The notes beneath the pieces were generated by a model, which was not told the DNA's origin, did no database searches, and saw only the letters and a list, made by a program, of their open reading frames with translations. Position numbers and translations under genes: made by a program. This document shows, one piece after another, positions 36,231-49,900 of a DNA stretch of 64,000 nucleotides (within the stretch, counting starts at the first letter, position 1; every line of letters starts with the position of its first letter). The stretch lies in the NCBI GenBank assembly GCA_964247055.1, contig OZ176050.1, positions 10,230,001-10,294,000 of the forward strand, given 5' to 3'. Source of the stretch: Paragordius varius. Its lineage: Eukaryota; Animalia; Nematomorpha.

Positions 36231-37053
36231 TAAAGCTAACGCTCACATATGGCTAATTTAACTTCAGGTTTATCATGAAGTAATTTTTATTTGCATAAAT
36301 TTTTTTTACTTTTCGACTCATAAATGTCATTTAAGCGCAAACCAATGGTTTTAATTGATTCCATATTTTTAAAAAAATGAACAGACCTTGGGTCTTTAGT
36401 TACCCACAAAAAATTCAAGGACTGTAATGAATGTATTATTTCTAATCTCTTAAATTTAAAGTTACCTTGGCAAACTTTTAGCGTAGAAATATTATAAATA
36501 CACCTGACGATATATTGCAAATTTATTTTTTAAACATTATATCCATTGCTGTCAGTCTAGCATGTCTAAATTTTATGGCACTGTCTCGGCATTTTTACGT
36601 CTATTTTAGAAAATCAGCCCGTATTACAGGGTCAAAAATATCACTACAACTATAACTAAAATTAAAATTTTATAAAAAAAATGTTTTGCATTTTAATTGC
36701 TTATAATGTCCTTTATTTTTTGAGATAAGGTATTTAGCACCAGCATGATTATTTTGATTTTTCGATATGGAGCAATTAGCACAAAATATATAATAACTTT
36801 TTAAATCACACCTGAAAATGATACATTTACCTATCAGAAAATATTTATTGCTCAGATAAATTTTCATCAATATGTTGTTTCATATAAAATACATCCAAGG
36901 GCATTTTTTGTCTTATGATTTTATGAAAAATTGGAACTAAAAAGCGATCTAAATATTTAAAATAATTTTAACCAATGATTTTTTTTATAATTTTATATTT
37001 TTAGAAAATATTTTTTTTAATTGTGCTATGCCATGTCATGGAATTAATACAAA

Positions 37054-37507
37054 TGGCCTATATTTATAATTGAGATCGGATAATCAAAATCTGTTGATGG
37101 CATATAAACTACAATAATATGTGAAAATTGATTTCTTGAAAAACATTTTGAAATAACTTTTTGTTATTAAGGGGGATTGGTTAAGTCAATGTTAAACCGA
37201 TAAATAATGGATTAATCTGGCAAATAGATTCGGCATCGAATTAATCCCTTATTAAAATCCAACATTGTATATACAATTGTATATGGTTCATGCATACAAA
37301 AACCTGTTCCTATTTCTTAACCAAAAGTTAATTATTAGCGCGAAAGAAATTATTATATAGCAAATATTTTTACAAATCACAATTTATAAATAGTCTTTTA
37401 ATAAATCTTGCAATAATTCGAATCTCATGAATGTTTTTTTAATGATATTTGTTTATAATGTATTAACTATATTTTTCCTTTGTGGCCTATATTTATAATT
37501 GAGATCG
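37054..37507 (+). repeat. Pair of exact 25-bp direct repeats, 429 bp apart
   Basis: TGGCCTATATTTATAATTGAGATCG at 37054-37078 and 37483-37507. Confidence 0.85.
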
Positions 37508-39346
37508 CTCTGGACACTGGTCTAACAGGTACCGAAGTTTTATAATTAAATGTATTTGGTAATTTTTCTTAAAATTGACACGAGGTAATAGCCAACTTGC
37601 GTTATATAAAAATAATTTATGGGTATTTTACACATTCATCGCTTTAAAATACGGGTATAATTTTGTAAAACTTTTTTAAATAATTTTAAAAATATATATG
37701 GAGCAAATATATTGTTTTAAAATACAGGATGCACTATTAACAAAAAAGAGATGATTAATTATCACATGCCGCAGATATCTTTTATTTTGACCAATCTCGT
37801 TTTATTACACTAGATATATTGTAAAATCTTTAAATTTATTATTTAGCGAATATAAATTGTAATAAAAAGGAATATATTTTTTTATGTTTTTTCATTAAAT
37901 TATTTTATGTTTAACTTATTAACATCTATTAAGTGCAGATAGTCTAATAAAGATAGAAATTCTATATAAAATAAATTTGTGAAGTTTTCTAAATAATAGC
38001 TAATTAAACGTTTTTGTACATATAATAAGTTTAATTAAAATATATTAAACTTTAACAGCGATTTAGAATATAGTAGTGATAAAATAAAATATTCGAAAAT
38101 TTCACCTTAATAGAATGAATGACTTAAAAATTTTATATTTATACATCTCGATTAACATTTGGAAGAATTTCTATTTTAGCGCATATGTTGGCTGAGGTAT
38201 ACAGTTTGTGTGTTAAACACTTTATTTACGGAGATAGAGCTAAAAAAGAATCTAATTCAAAAAAGGTGCATATATGAATAAAATGGAAGTCTTCGTAACT
38301 AATTATGAAGGGCAGACATGTCCTTTTCTGGAAAATTTTTACAAATACACAGTGTTTTATGTGGCTACGTATGTTCCATAGGGGCTCTTGCCAGGATCTA
38401 TAAATGAGTACGATGTTCGTTGCCCATATATGGGGGAATAATACGATCATTATAGTAATCTCATACTTCAAAGTTATGTTTTGGTGACTTGAGTTTGCCC
38501 AGCTGGATCGGCATTTACAAATAGGATATAATAACGGGCCACTTTTAAATAACACCCATTTTGGAGATTCGTATTTTTTCAAGGCCCCCTACTTTTAGGA
38601 ATCTTAATACAGATGCCCATTTTGAAAAGTGGTTTGACTAAAATCGGTGTAATTATAAACGAATTCACGTTTTCCGGAACAACATGGATATGGGTCTCGT
38701 TCAATTGGTTAACTCATTTCTTTTAAATTAATCTTTATCAACCAATTTAGACTCATAACAAAAATAAATTCATAAAAATAAATATTAATCAAGATAAAAA
38801 TGGCGGCGCACGTCTTTAAAAAGGTCATGTTAAACCGTTTCACAATAACCTTATTAATTAATGTAAATACTTTAATTTAACTTGATAAAGCCATACATAA
38901 TAATATTTTACCAAAATGTTAATAAACAATTACTAAAACTAATTAATTTAAAACTAGAACCGGAAAAATGCGCTCTTTAATTATAAGTCAAGGATAAAAG
39001 TGTACAAATGTCACTAATGTGCAAATATATCTCATTAATTGTTATTTTATTGATTTAAAATTATAAGGCAGTAGGTCCACCCCTCCCCCCTTTCCTTTCT
39101 ATAAACTACGTAATTTAATGGGAGAGACATACTAACACAACGAATAGTCTCTTAAACAAATATTATCATTTAATCGGACGTGATATATAATATAGTGTGT
39201 TATAAGTGATGTAAATTTACAAATTTCGGAGCAAATTTTTAACATTTTATATACAAATATAGACAACAAGAGTTTATTAATACTAAAAATTTTGGACAAC
39301 AATATATAATTATTGCATAATTTTTGCGTAAAAAAAGCCGTAAATT

Positions 39347-42300
39347 ATGACATTCAACAAAATAATATTGTATGGGTTAACTTTTGGGTGTTTATGTTTC
39401 GTCAATTATTTCATCATTGTTTCCCTACCCTTAAAATTGATTGATGGACAATACAAAGGTAAAATTATAATCTATATTATAATTAACGTATTCTAACTGT
39501 AAAAATTGAAATTATACGGAAAATGTTAATTTAAAAGACAAATATTTTTTTCTAGACAACCATATTTTTTAAATCTTGATTTTTCCTACATAGACTATTA
39601 AAGTACTATTTCAAATTAAATAATTGAGTACTAAAGATTTAAATCTCTACTATTACCCAAACAGATGGTTTATATTTTAAAATCAAGAGTTAAAAAATAT
39701 GGTTGTCTTTTAGAAAAAAAGTTATTTTAATTTTTACACTTTGTGCATATTTCATTTTTTACCGTATTTTATGATTGAAACTAATCCTTCAAAAAAATCA
39801 TGTGCAAGATATTTTTTATAAATACTCCAATTTTTATCATCGCAATGAATAATAAATATAATTAGCATATGATTAGTAATCTTTTTAGTTGTTATTGTAC
39901 CTGGAATCATTAAATTTACCCTACATTGCCGTTGATTAATTATATATCTTTATCATAAAACTCATCATATTTGTGGGTTATATATTTTGGATATAATTTT
40001 GATTTTTTAGGGACCACATCAATATACCATCCCTCATTTGGGCAAGATAACAATTTATTACCCATCTATGTTATAACACCCATAAATACTCAATCACTAT
40101 ATAGTCGGGCCCATTTAACCCGGTTAAGTCAAACTTTGAGCTTAGTTCCAAACATCAGATGGATTGTGGTCGAAGATAATGATGAACCTTCAGTTAAAAT
40201 ATCACGAATACTGCGTGAATTTCCCCATCCCCACTTACATCTCTGGTATCATAAACAATATGTAAGACGATTTTTACATTTGAACTTTTAGTTAAATTAA
40301 TGATATAATTTTTATGGAGGATTATTCATATACGGAGCTATAAAGATATTTTTATAATTTGCTTTAAAATGGAATTATATATTTTACATTGCATATACTA
40401 AGTCATTTAAGGTAATTTGTTCCTTCATTACTATAAAATTAAAAAATACCAAAAATCCCTAATATTAATTTTTTAAATCTTTGGAATGTGTTTTGATGAT
40501 ATTTAGCCAAAATTTAAGTATTATATAATTTCATACAAGTTGGGAGAATTTGTTTTAAATAATATAAATGCTTGGTAGTTTTTGGATAAAAGCTTAGAGC
40601 TTGCCATTCAATTTTGTCATTCCCTTTATGATGTCACCATATCTGACATAATTTGTTGAATTAGCAATATAAACTTTTATTTTGTTACATATTTTAGGCA
40701 GATAAGTTACCCCGTTATGTAAATAACGGTGGTAGCCCTAATTTATTCTTTTATAGATGACGTAATATACTCAAGGCAATCATAATCGAGATAGAATAAT
40801 AACGTATTGTCAATTTTTACTGTAAAAAAACAAAATGTAATAGCGTAAAGTAGAAAATTTACCAATAGTATTAAAAAAAGATACACGGCATAAATTAAAA
40901 TATCTAAATTTTAACCGAAATTTTAACTCAATAAATGGGGTGTTTTAGTTTAGTTTCTGCAAATATATACAAAAACAGTATTTCAAACGCTCACCAGATG
41001 ACTATACATTTTATCTAAGTCATTCAATCCAAATAACATTGTTTTGAGATCAAATCAATCACTTTAGAAAAAACTTTCAAAATATTTGTGCAGAATACCA
41101 GTGATCATTTCAAAGGCTGTGCCCAAAGAAACTTAGCCCTTGCTTGGTTAAGACTCCACATGTTGCGATTGGAAAAAAATGCTTCTTATATCCCTGAAGA
41201 TACGTTTGATCGTTCCGATAACAATACATTTTATTTGATGCATGCGCAAACATTTCCCAGCACGTTTACTTTAATGTATGAGGGGATGATTCCCAACGAT
41301 ACCGCAATCAATGATGTTGCTACTAATCCGGGCATAATTTATTTTGCTGATGATGATAATACCTATGATTTAGAATTGTTTCGAGAGGTAGAAATTTTAT
41401 ATAGGATATTTTTATCACACGTAGTAGAGTAAAAGTAGAGATGATGGTCCATTAAAAAATAAGGCTTATTTCCAATATATGCTTTTAAGTTAAATTGTAA
41501 ACAACATATTTTGATTTAGTTTATCTACGATTCCTTAAAATTCTAACTTAAATTAGCATTCAAAACGTTGGACCTACATTTGTGATTCCTTATTCTTTAA
41601 ATGGCGAATTTTGTTTGAGAAAATTTTTGGATTTGTAAATATTATAATAAAAAGATATATTTGTTTTTGTATTTAAAAATTTCTTAAATATGCGATATCT
41701 TCAACTGAAACATTAAAATTTTATGATATAATATACTTAACTTAAATAATATTTATATTTAAATAACTTATAACCTTATTTGCGATTTAAGTCCAATAAA
41801 TGTTTAGTATGGAAAATGCGAAAATTTAATAAAAAGGGCTTTGTAAAAGTGAGCTGCTCAATTGATATATTTTTGATTTAAATGAAAAGCTTAAAAAATA
41901 ATGTATAAATATATGATCTAATTTTCTATCTGAGAAATAGAATTAGCATACTCTTTGGTAAATACACGTTTTAAAGTTTTTATTATATTCATATATCCCT
42001 GATATATGAATATATTTTCTTTAATCAAATAATTTTAAATTCGACACTTTAAATAATAAACTTATTTAAAATAACTAATTAGATGAGATCCATAAAGTAT
42101 TTGGGCGTATGGCCTGTTGCGTTTTGCGGGGGACTTTTGGTTGAAAGGCCCTTAGTCAAAGAGGGTAAAGTAGTGGATTGGTTAGTCCAGTATCTTAAGA
42201 AATCTCGACCTATGCCAATAGATATGGCTGGATTTGCCGTTCACACAGACGTCTTACTCAAGCAAAAACAGGATGTGTATTTTTATGAATATATAAATCC

Positions 42301-42846
42301 AGGTAATTTCTTTTCATAAAAATATATGGCATAGCCAACTTTATTTTTTTTTAATACTGCGTCGCTTGAATCATCTTATTTTTAATATATAACCATATTG
42401 TTTTAAGATGGTTTGGAATCGGGATTCGTAAAGCGATTGGCCAACTTAACTGATCTGGAACCACTGGCTAGTAATTGCACCAAAGTAAACTTTTATTTTA
42501 ATCTTCTAACACCAATATACAAATAAAATCGATTTTCAAGAAATAAGAATCATCAATTAGGAGTTTAGTAAACAAAATTTTTAAGCGGCTTTACATTCTT
42601 ATTGTAATTGTTAGTTCAAATATATGAGGTGTGAGATACTTATCTTTAACAGTATTAAGCTGAAAATCTATAAGGATAAGATTTAACTAATATATAAAAA
42701 ATGATTCTCTATAAGTTTTATTGAATATTTTTTTATGAATTTAGATATTGGTTTGGCATACTAAAACGGCAATGGCAAATACAGAACTTGAGGAGGAATT
42801 CTCAAAAAATTATCAAAGAAACTCATCCGATGGACTCGATATATGA
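39347..42846 (+). CDS. B3GAT: Galactosylgalactosylxylosylprotein glucuronosyltransferase family (GT43), complete, about 351 aa, type II membrane protein
   Basis: Exons 39347-39458, 40011-40261, 41094-41387, 42083-42302, 42408-42484 and 42745-42846 total 1056 nt and are phase-compatible. Motifs: N-terminal TM segment, PIYVITP...LTRLSQTL...WIVVED, QRNLALAWLR, GIIYFADDDNTY, VWPV, PIDMAGFAV, GLES, LEPLASNCTK|ILVWHTKT. The paralogue (1/2/3) is not assignable. Confidence 0.93.
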
Positions 42847-44096
42847 AAAAATTTACACTCGTGTTTTTATCAAATATTTATGTAATAAATATTTTTCATA
42901 TAAATCTATAGCGATTAAAACTCTATCAATTATACCATTATTTATAACCAAATGTAGTATAGTTAGGTTTATATAAAAAATATGGACAACTAAAATTACA
43001 TGGACGCATAAAATTATATTAATAAAAATATTAATTAGTTTAGTATTGTTCGATTTGAAGGCAATTTAAACACAACTTTATATGGGTTTCAAAAACATTG
43101 CCAACATAAATTATATCGTTATTTAATATAGCTTTTACGACTTACATCTTAGTCCTTTAATATAAAAAAAGCGATACGTAATTTAAATTTTTGTAAAAAA
43201 TGGCGCGAAAAAGCTTGATAAAAAAACTTTTTATAAAAAAATATACAACAGTGTGACAGGTTATATAGTTAATACAAAATCTTTAATTTGGCCTAGGGTA
43301 ATCTATTAGTTAGTTATTCTAAATTAATAGATTACATTTATAACAAAATGGCTAGAATTAATTAGACTTTATTTTTATAGAGATATCCGAAATATTCTTA
43401 TGCGTTCTGCTCTAAAATCACGATTTTTTAAATGGCGTCAAATTTTACTTATTTTTCATAAAATATTTGAGCGGATTTTTTTAAAATAACCATATTTTCG
43501 AAAAAAACCCTTTTTTAATGTCATAATTTAGCATATGTTTAAATTTTTGCGCAATCTTCGCATTTTTGAGTCTATTTTAAGATAACCACCCCATTTTTGA
43601 AGGGCGAAAATATTTGGGACTTTTGGTGCATACATCTAAAAATTAAAATTTTATAAAATATTTGCTTTTTATATATGCTTTATGATATATTTTTAGTTAT
43701 ATTTTAGAATGAAGAATTTAGCCTTCACCAATTTATTTACATGCGTAAATTTTTGGTAAGAGGTGCCACATTATAAATAACTTTCTTAAATCATTTTTAA
43801 GGGTAACAAACGCATCATGATAATCATGAACCTTTTTCCTATAATATATATTTTATTAGATATTGGACGCATTGTTAAATATTAAAATTTTAAAACTACA
43901 TGCATGTTTACATATAATTTTAAAGAGAACGTAATTTGATTTATATTTTTTTATATTAGTTCGAAATGACCTCAAAGCCTAGTACATAGAATGCATATTG
44001 TCAAACACCCTCATTATAACCTTAATCTAATAAACTATGTTATATCATGTTCTAATTATTTATTTTTAGCCAACTATATTAAAAGATCAATGTTCG

Positions 44097-44099
<3 letters not shown>

Positions 44100-44134
<35 letters not shown>
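44100..44134. repeat. (TA)n microsatellite, about 17 units
   Basis: Seen directly. Similar shorter or interrupted runs occur near 51076, 54568, 55835 and 59875. Confidence 0.9.
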
Positions 44135-44137
<3 letters not shown>

Positions 44138-44458
44138 ACATATAAGGGTATATAAGGTACCTAAACGTAAAAATCAAGGTTATATTACTATCCTATAAAT
44201 AAACAGTGTTAAAGCCAAAATCGTATAGAGAGATAGTGTATCAAATTTACATTTTACATGTTATAAATCAATGAGTGCTTTGGCTAATAAAATTGGGGTC
44301 AAATACTTTATAATAGAAATAAATATCAAAAATCTCCAAACAAGCTAAAATCACTATTTTTTATAACCATTTTAGCCGCGTAAAACCTTCACATATTTTT
44401 AATAATAGAAGACACATTAAAAAACTAAAACGATTTTCATATCTCCTAAACTTTTTAA

Positions 44459-45038
44459 CACTTCGATTCAAATTGGGGTATCTAAATACCCCAGACTATA
44501 TTTAGATTTATATTTTAAAAAATTACTGAAAGAAATGGTCTTAATTTAAATTTATGCTTCTATCCTAATCAAAATTATATAAATAAGCCGAAATACCTAA
44601 ATAAAATTTGGTTTTGAAAAAAAAGTTCCATATCAAACTACTTCGACGCCATTTTTATTTTACAGCATTTTTGCAAAATATCGTGTTTATTTGATTTTAA
44701 AGCTAAAATGAAAGCTAATTTTTTATTTAAATGACATCTAACATTAATAGAAAAATAAAAAATGGTTTATTTTATATTGTTATTTAATTTTACCATTTCA
44801 CACATGTCACGTTGACGAAATTTTTACCTTTCGGTTTTAGCTTAAAATAAATAATATCAAGTGTTTTTGAATAAATTTTTTTATATATTTTGGTTTATTA
44901 ATGTTATAAATGTGCATATTTTTGCCAGGTTTCGATTCCTTCTATATTTTTTAAATTATTCAATTTTAAAAAGGCCTGGGGTATCCAATTATCCCAATTT
45001 GAATCGAAGGACTAAAATGAATGTGTTGTATCCAAGTG
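44459..45038 (-). mobile_element. piggyBac-type MITE, intact reference copy, 580 bp
   Basis: TTAA|CACTTCGATTCAAATTGGGG... and ...GTATCCAAGTG|TTAA (TSDs 44455-44458 and 45039-45042). Confidence 0.9.
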
Positions 45039-45137
45039 TTAATTAAAACTTTGGGATAATGCTAAATAATATTTATAAAATTTCTAGGCAATTTTTAAAA
45101 TATTGTTTGATGTAAGATATTGTATTATATATATATA

Positions 45138-45776
45138 CTAGCGTAAATCTCGTGCTGCTACGCAGCCCGAGGAAGTCCTTCGGACTTCTGGGGGGGGGGT
45201 TTCGAAGTTTGGATTTGAATGGGTCTACCGGTTTTCCGGTACCAGATCACAAAGTTACATGAGGAATCAGATTTTAGCGGGTAGCTCCTTACCCAGCAGC
45301 TATCATCAAAGAAACGCCTGACTAAAATTTTTGCCTTTTAACAGGGAATACGTGGAATCCATATTGAATTTTTACGGTATCATACCTAGGGCGAAAAATA
45401 GATTAAAAAAATTATTTTTGTGGACTTTGTTTTTTGAAAAAAATATGGCATTTTACGGGGATAGCGGGTAAAAAGAGGGCCTATGTTCGGCGCAATCGAA
45501 AAGTAAACAAAAATCATATTTGAAATAGAATGGACCAACACGTTCTCCAGAAAATTGCCTCAAAGACACGATTTTTGTGGACTTTTGTTTTCTAAAAAAC
45601 CCGTTTTTCACACGGGGTGGGCCCGAACTGGGGGCCTATTTCAAAAAAAGGGCGAAGCTATTGTCGGGGCATTCATTAATGATTATATTTTTTCGAAGTT
45701 TGGATTTGAATGGGTCTACCGGTTTTCCTGTACCAGATCACAAAGTCAGCATTTTCCATTTTTATAAATATATAGA
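45138..45776 (-). mobile_element. Non-autonomous Helitron, 639 bp
   Basis: On the minus strand the 5' end is A|TCTATATATTTATAAAAATGG. The 3' end has a GC-rich hairpin (CTCG-GGCTGC-GTA-GCAGC-A-CGAG) followed by ...CTAG|T. No TSD; inserted at an A^T site. Confidence 0.85.
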
Positions 45777-46997
45777 TTTAAAGGTCCTGATATATTTTTA
45801 GGTGTAAATAGGTCTAAATAGTGAAATATTTAAAATTGGGTTTGACTGGGTTTGACTGTGATAATGATAAGTTAGTGTTATATCGTAAATATGCAGCATA
45901 ATCATAATTGTGGTAGATTAATTTTAGTAATAAAATTCTTGTAAGCATGGATGCTCCCTAATGTTGTCTTAAAAATTTAAATTTATCATTTTCAAATTAA
46001 CTTTCATAATTTTTTTCAAGTCCTTTTCTATGATTTTAACAGGTTAAAAAATAGCCAAACACATAAATTCCAATATATAAAAATTATTTTTATAACGCAT
46101 GTTTTGGTTATAGCTAAAAAATTATTTAACAATAATGATAATCAGCTTAATGACATTTTGGCCGTTTCCATATCTCCTGTAGACTCTCATCTACTTAAAT
46201 CGAAAAAATTCTTTTTGAGCAAATTTTTTCAAATTTGATGTAAATGATCTGTGAAATGGGTCCCTCCTTTTTAGTTTTGGAAGACTTAAATTTTTAGATG
46301 GAGCAAAATGGGCTCTCACAATCTGAAAAAAATAGGAATGTATAATAGAAATAAACGTGAAAAAAAGCCCATAACAATATATATTTTTGGAACATGAAGG
46401 AAAACGCTTTAAATTTTAAGATATGTCAATAAAAGGCAAAGTTCTAATAATAATTAATAAACGGTTGCGGATTTTGCAAAAACTGGAGCCATAAATTACA
46501 ACCGATGCAGCCCCAAAATTTATACAATCGTTGGTTGAATGTCTAATTTAAAATCGAAGTTTCCTTATAATTTTCGTAAATCTGGATTTTATTATAACTA
46601 GAGATTAATTTAAGGCTTTTCTATTTTAACGTTAAAGTCGAAGATTTTCTAGCTATAAATTTATGATTTTGATAATAAAATTAAAAATTACGCACGGCTA
46701 AAATCCTATACTCCCTCTTCCTAAAATATATGCCATATTAAAAATTAATTAATATAATGTTATATTGCCAAAGTTTTTATGGTAATTTAAAACTAGCAAT
46801 GTAAATAAATTCCAATTGTAAAAATTTAAATATATATTGGGACCATTTTTTAGACTTGAATGCCCAAATTCCCTCTAAATAATATGAAATTTCAAGGTAT
46901 AAAATGGACTCCAAAGTTTGATACGTTATAAAATGGATATAAATATATATTATTTATTCATAATATAAGAATAAGGGACATAAAAGACATAAGAAAA

Positions 46998-49900
46998 TTA
47001 GTTTTTTCGCGCAGACGGGCGAACGAAATTTTGTTTCATACCACCTGCTTGATTTTGAACAAATTTGGCATTTTGCGGATTGTGTGTTGTCCAAGGTGAA
47101 TCAAAAGCTGTGGTATCTTGATCCACCAAATGAGTATATTTCGTTCGACCAGCTTTCCCAAAGTTTTTAACCTATGCATATGATATTCCAAAATTATATA
47201 ACTTAAATATAAATTTTAATTAAATAATGATTTGGTATTATAGAAAATGAACGTAAAAAGTAAAGGGTAATTTTTTTAAAACAAACTTTTTAAAACCTTG
47301 AAATTTTTTACATAAACTATGCGATTGTAACTAAATATTTAATAGACTATGCCTTAAAATAACCAATGAGTTAGAGTAAACAATTAAATTATACAGATCA
47401 AATGTAAAAAACTTACGGCAATATTTTTATATGAATACAACGCTACTTTTTTAAATCTTGATCATTTATAGTTTTATAAAACTATAATTTTTACCAATTT
47501 ACATTACGATTACTTATTTTGCAACACAAAACTATGAGTTACATAAAAATGATCAAGGTTAATAATATAAATGTCATTTCAACAAAAAATATTTTTCGTT
47601 TTTACGTTTTGTCTGTATAATTTCAATGTTTAACATTTGATAAAAAAAAACCTGCATAATTTTGGGCATAATTGTTTTATCGAAATGATCTTCGAGAGTC
47701 GGGGCACTGACATCCCGTTTGAATACATCCTCTTCTTCGTCCTAGAAAAAAATAGAAAAAGCTTAATTTTTCTATAAAATTTACACGAATTCAATAAATA
47801 AGGCATAAGATTTAGGTTCAATATTTTTATAAATGAGTTGAAATTTTAACTTTCGTTACAATATTTGTTTCAGTTAAAGAATTATCATTAAAATTCAAAT
47901 GTTTACTCAAACAAAAATATCACTCCTTAAAGCAATTAATATCTATAAAATGGACGCACTGAAAGTATTCCAAGCAAATCCAAATTAATAATCATTCAAA
48001 AACAAAGTTTGTTGGACATTTGCTTATTATAGATCATCATAAAGAAATAAATACCAATACACTAAAATAATCCATACCTAACTTCATTATTTACCATACA
48101 TCAAAAAGTGGCAAATTGTAAAATAAGACTACACTACAACTTACAAGGTAAAAAGCACCCCGATGGTAATATTTTTGTAAGAAGCGATATTTGCCTTTTG
48201 CAGCTTTATTGGTTATAAGTTTGGGATTTATGCGAAGATGTTCGGCTCTTTCCTCCTCAGTCATATTGTGCCATCTTTCGATTTCTTCACGTTCCCTGAC
48301 CAACCTGTGCAAAATATTATGATTTATGTTTTCAATATTACTCTATTAAAATATCAAAAAAATGGAGGTATATAATATTAAAAAGATTATATAATATCTT
48401 ATGAGTTATGATAGATTATAAGTAAATTTGCGATCCTAAAATAACATAACCATAATCCGGTGACAAAAAAACTATAGACCTAATTATTTAAAAATTCATT
48501 AATAAAATTATTATGATATATAATTATTATTATCAAAAAAATGTAAAACTAAAAGAATAGGAATTCGTATAAGAAAACCCATACCTTCTCATCTTTGATT
48601 TTATATAACCTATGGTTAAATGGGTAATACCCTATTTCAAATTTTACATTATAGGTTATATAAAATCAAGATTCAAAATAATGGTGTTCTTTAGCTATAA
48701 AACTAGGTATAGACCTCGAATCGCTTAATTATAATCTAGAATTAGCCAGATCAAGAAAAGATTGGAAAAAACGGTTGTACCGTCATTTAATGGCGAATCC
48801 CCATACAAATGAATGATGATGATAATATTTTTAACACATTTTTATAAAATAAAATAAATAAAATTGCATCATATGCCAACCTTTCCCTATCCTCTTTATC
48901 CCGTTTAAGTCTTGCATTTTCTCGATCCCTCCACCCATTATAGTTTTCATCTTCGTCAATCTCGTCAGCCGTATCAATGTCATCAAGGCGAGCCGAAATG
49001 GGGGCGTGATGATCACTTGAATGTAACAGAAGCGTTCCAGTCGTATTGTAGGATGGGTTGAGAATTGCCCCTGAACCACCACCACCGGTCTCGTTGGCAT
49101 TTGCAATGGCACGTTCACGTTTTAATTCTTCCTCTAGGATCTATTTTCATTATATATATGACTAAGAGATAATTTTTGCATTATAATTACATATAAATCC
49201 AGAACTTTCACCTATTCGCTTAGGTCATACAATTCGATAGATATAATGCAGTTTTGGCATTCAAAATCTGCCATTAAATGCATAATGTACGAGTCCAATA
49301 CTCTAGTCCCGCTAACCATCAAGCCTCACGCCTATAAATCCAATTGTTACCTCCACACGTTTAGATTATTAACAGCGGAGGTCAATTTTGAATGTTTTGC
49401 AAAACATATTTTACCTGGCAAGGAGGTTTTCACAGGAGCGTAATGAAAATATAGATCATTTGTAATTAAATTACACAACATGAACATTCGGATTCAATAT
49501 GTCATAGTAATTAAATTTAAAGATTAAACGAAAACACAATTTAGACTTAAAACTAAGCACAATTAATTACTTTTAGGGTTTCGCGTCTTTTTTCTTCAGC
49601 CAATTTCCTTGCTTTGATTTCGGCTTGACGGATGGCCTCTTCGTCATCTTCGCGTTCTTTGATGGTTACCCGATCTTTTCTACAAACGAGCAAAAAGGAA
49701 ATAATAATTTGCAAATAATTTTTTAATCTAACGCACCGCTTAATATATTGGTTGAGGGAACATTAAATTATACATTAAAAATTATAAAAAAGTTGAATAT
49801 GTTACGAATTGGCATTCTTTTACCACAAAATATCATGTAAAAAATGTTTTGTCAATGTTTTATTCAACCAATTTATATTGCGTACCCGTACTTTTTGATG

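Noticed and set aside
2394-45801. Short ORF-track entries inside repeats (2394, 20805-21239, 27518, 28637, 44861, 45555, 45577)
   Set aside because: They lie within MITE, hAT or Helitron sequence and show AT-driven F/I/K/L/Y composition without domain motifs.
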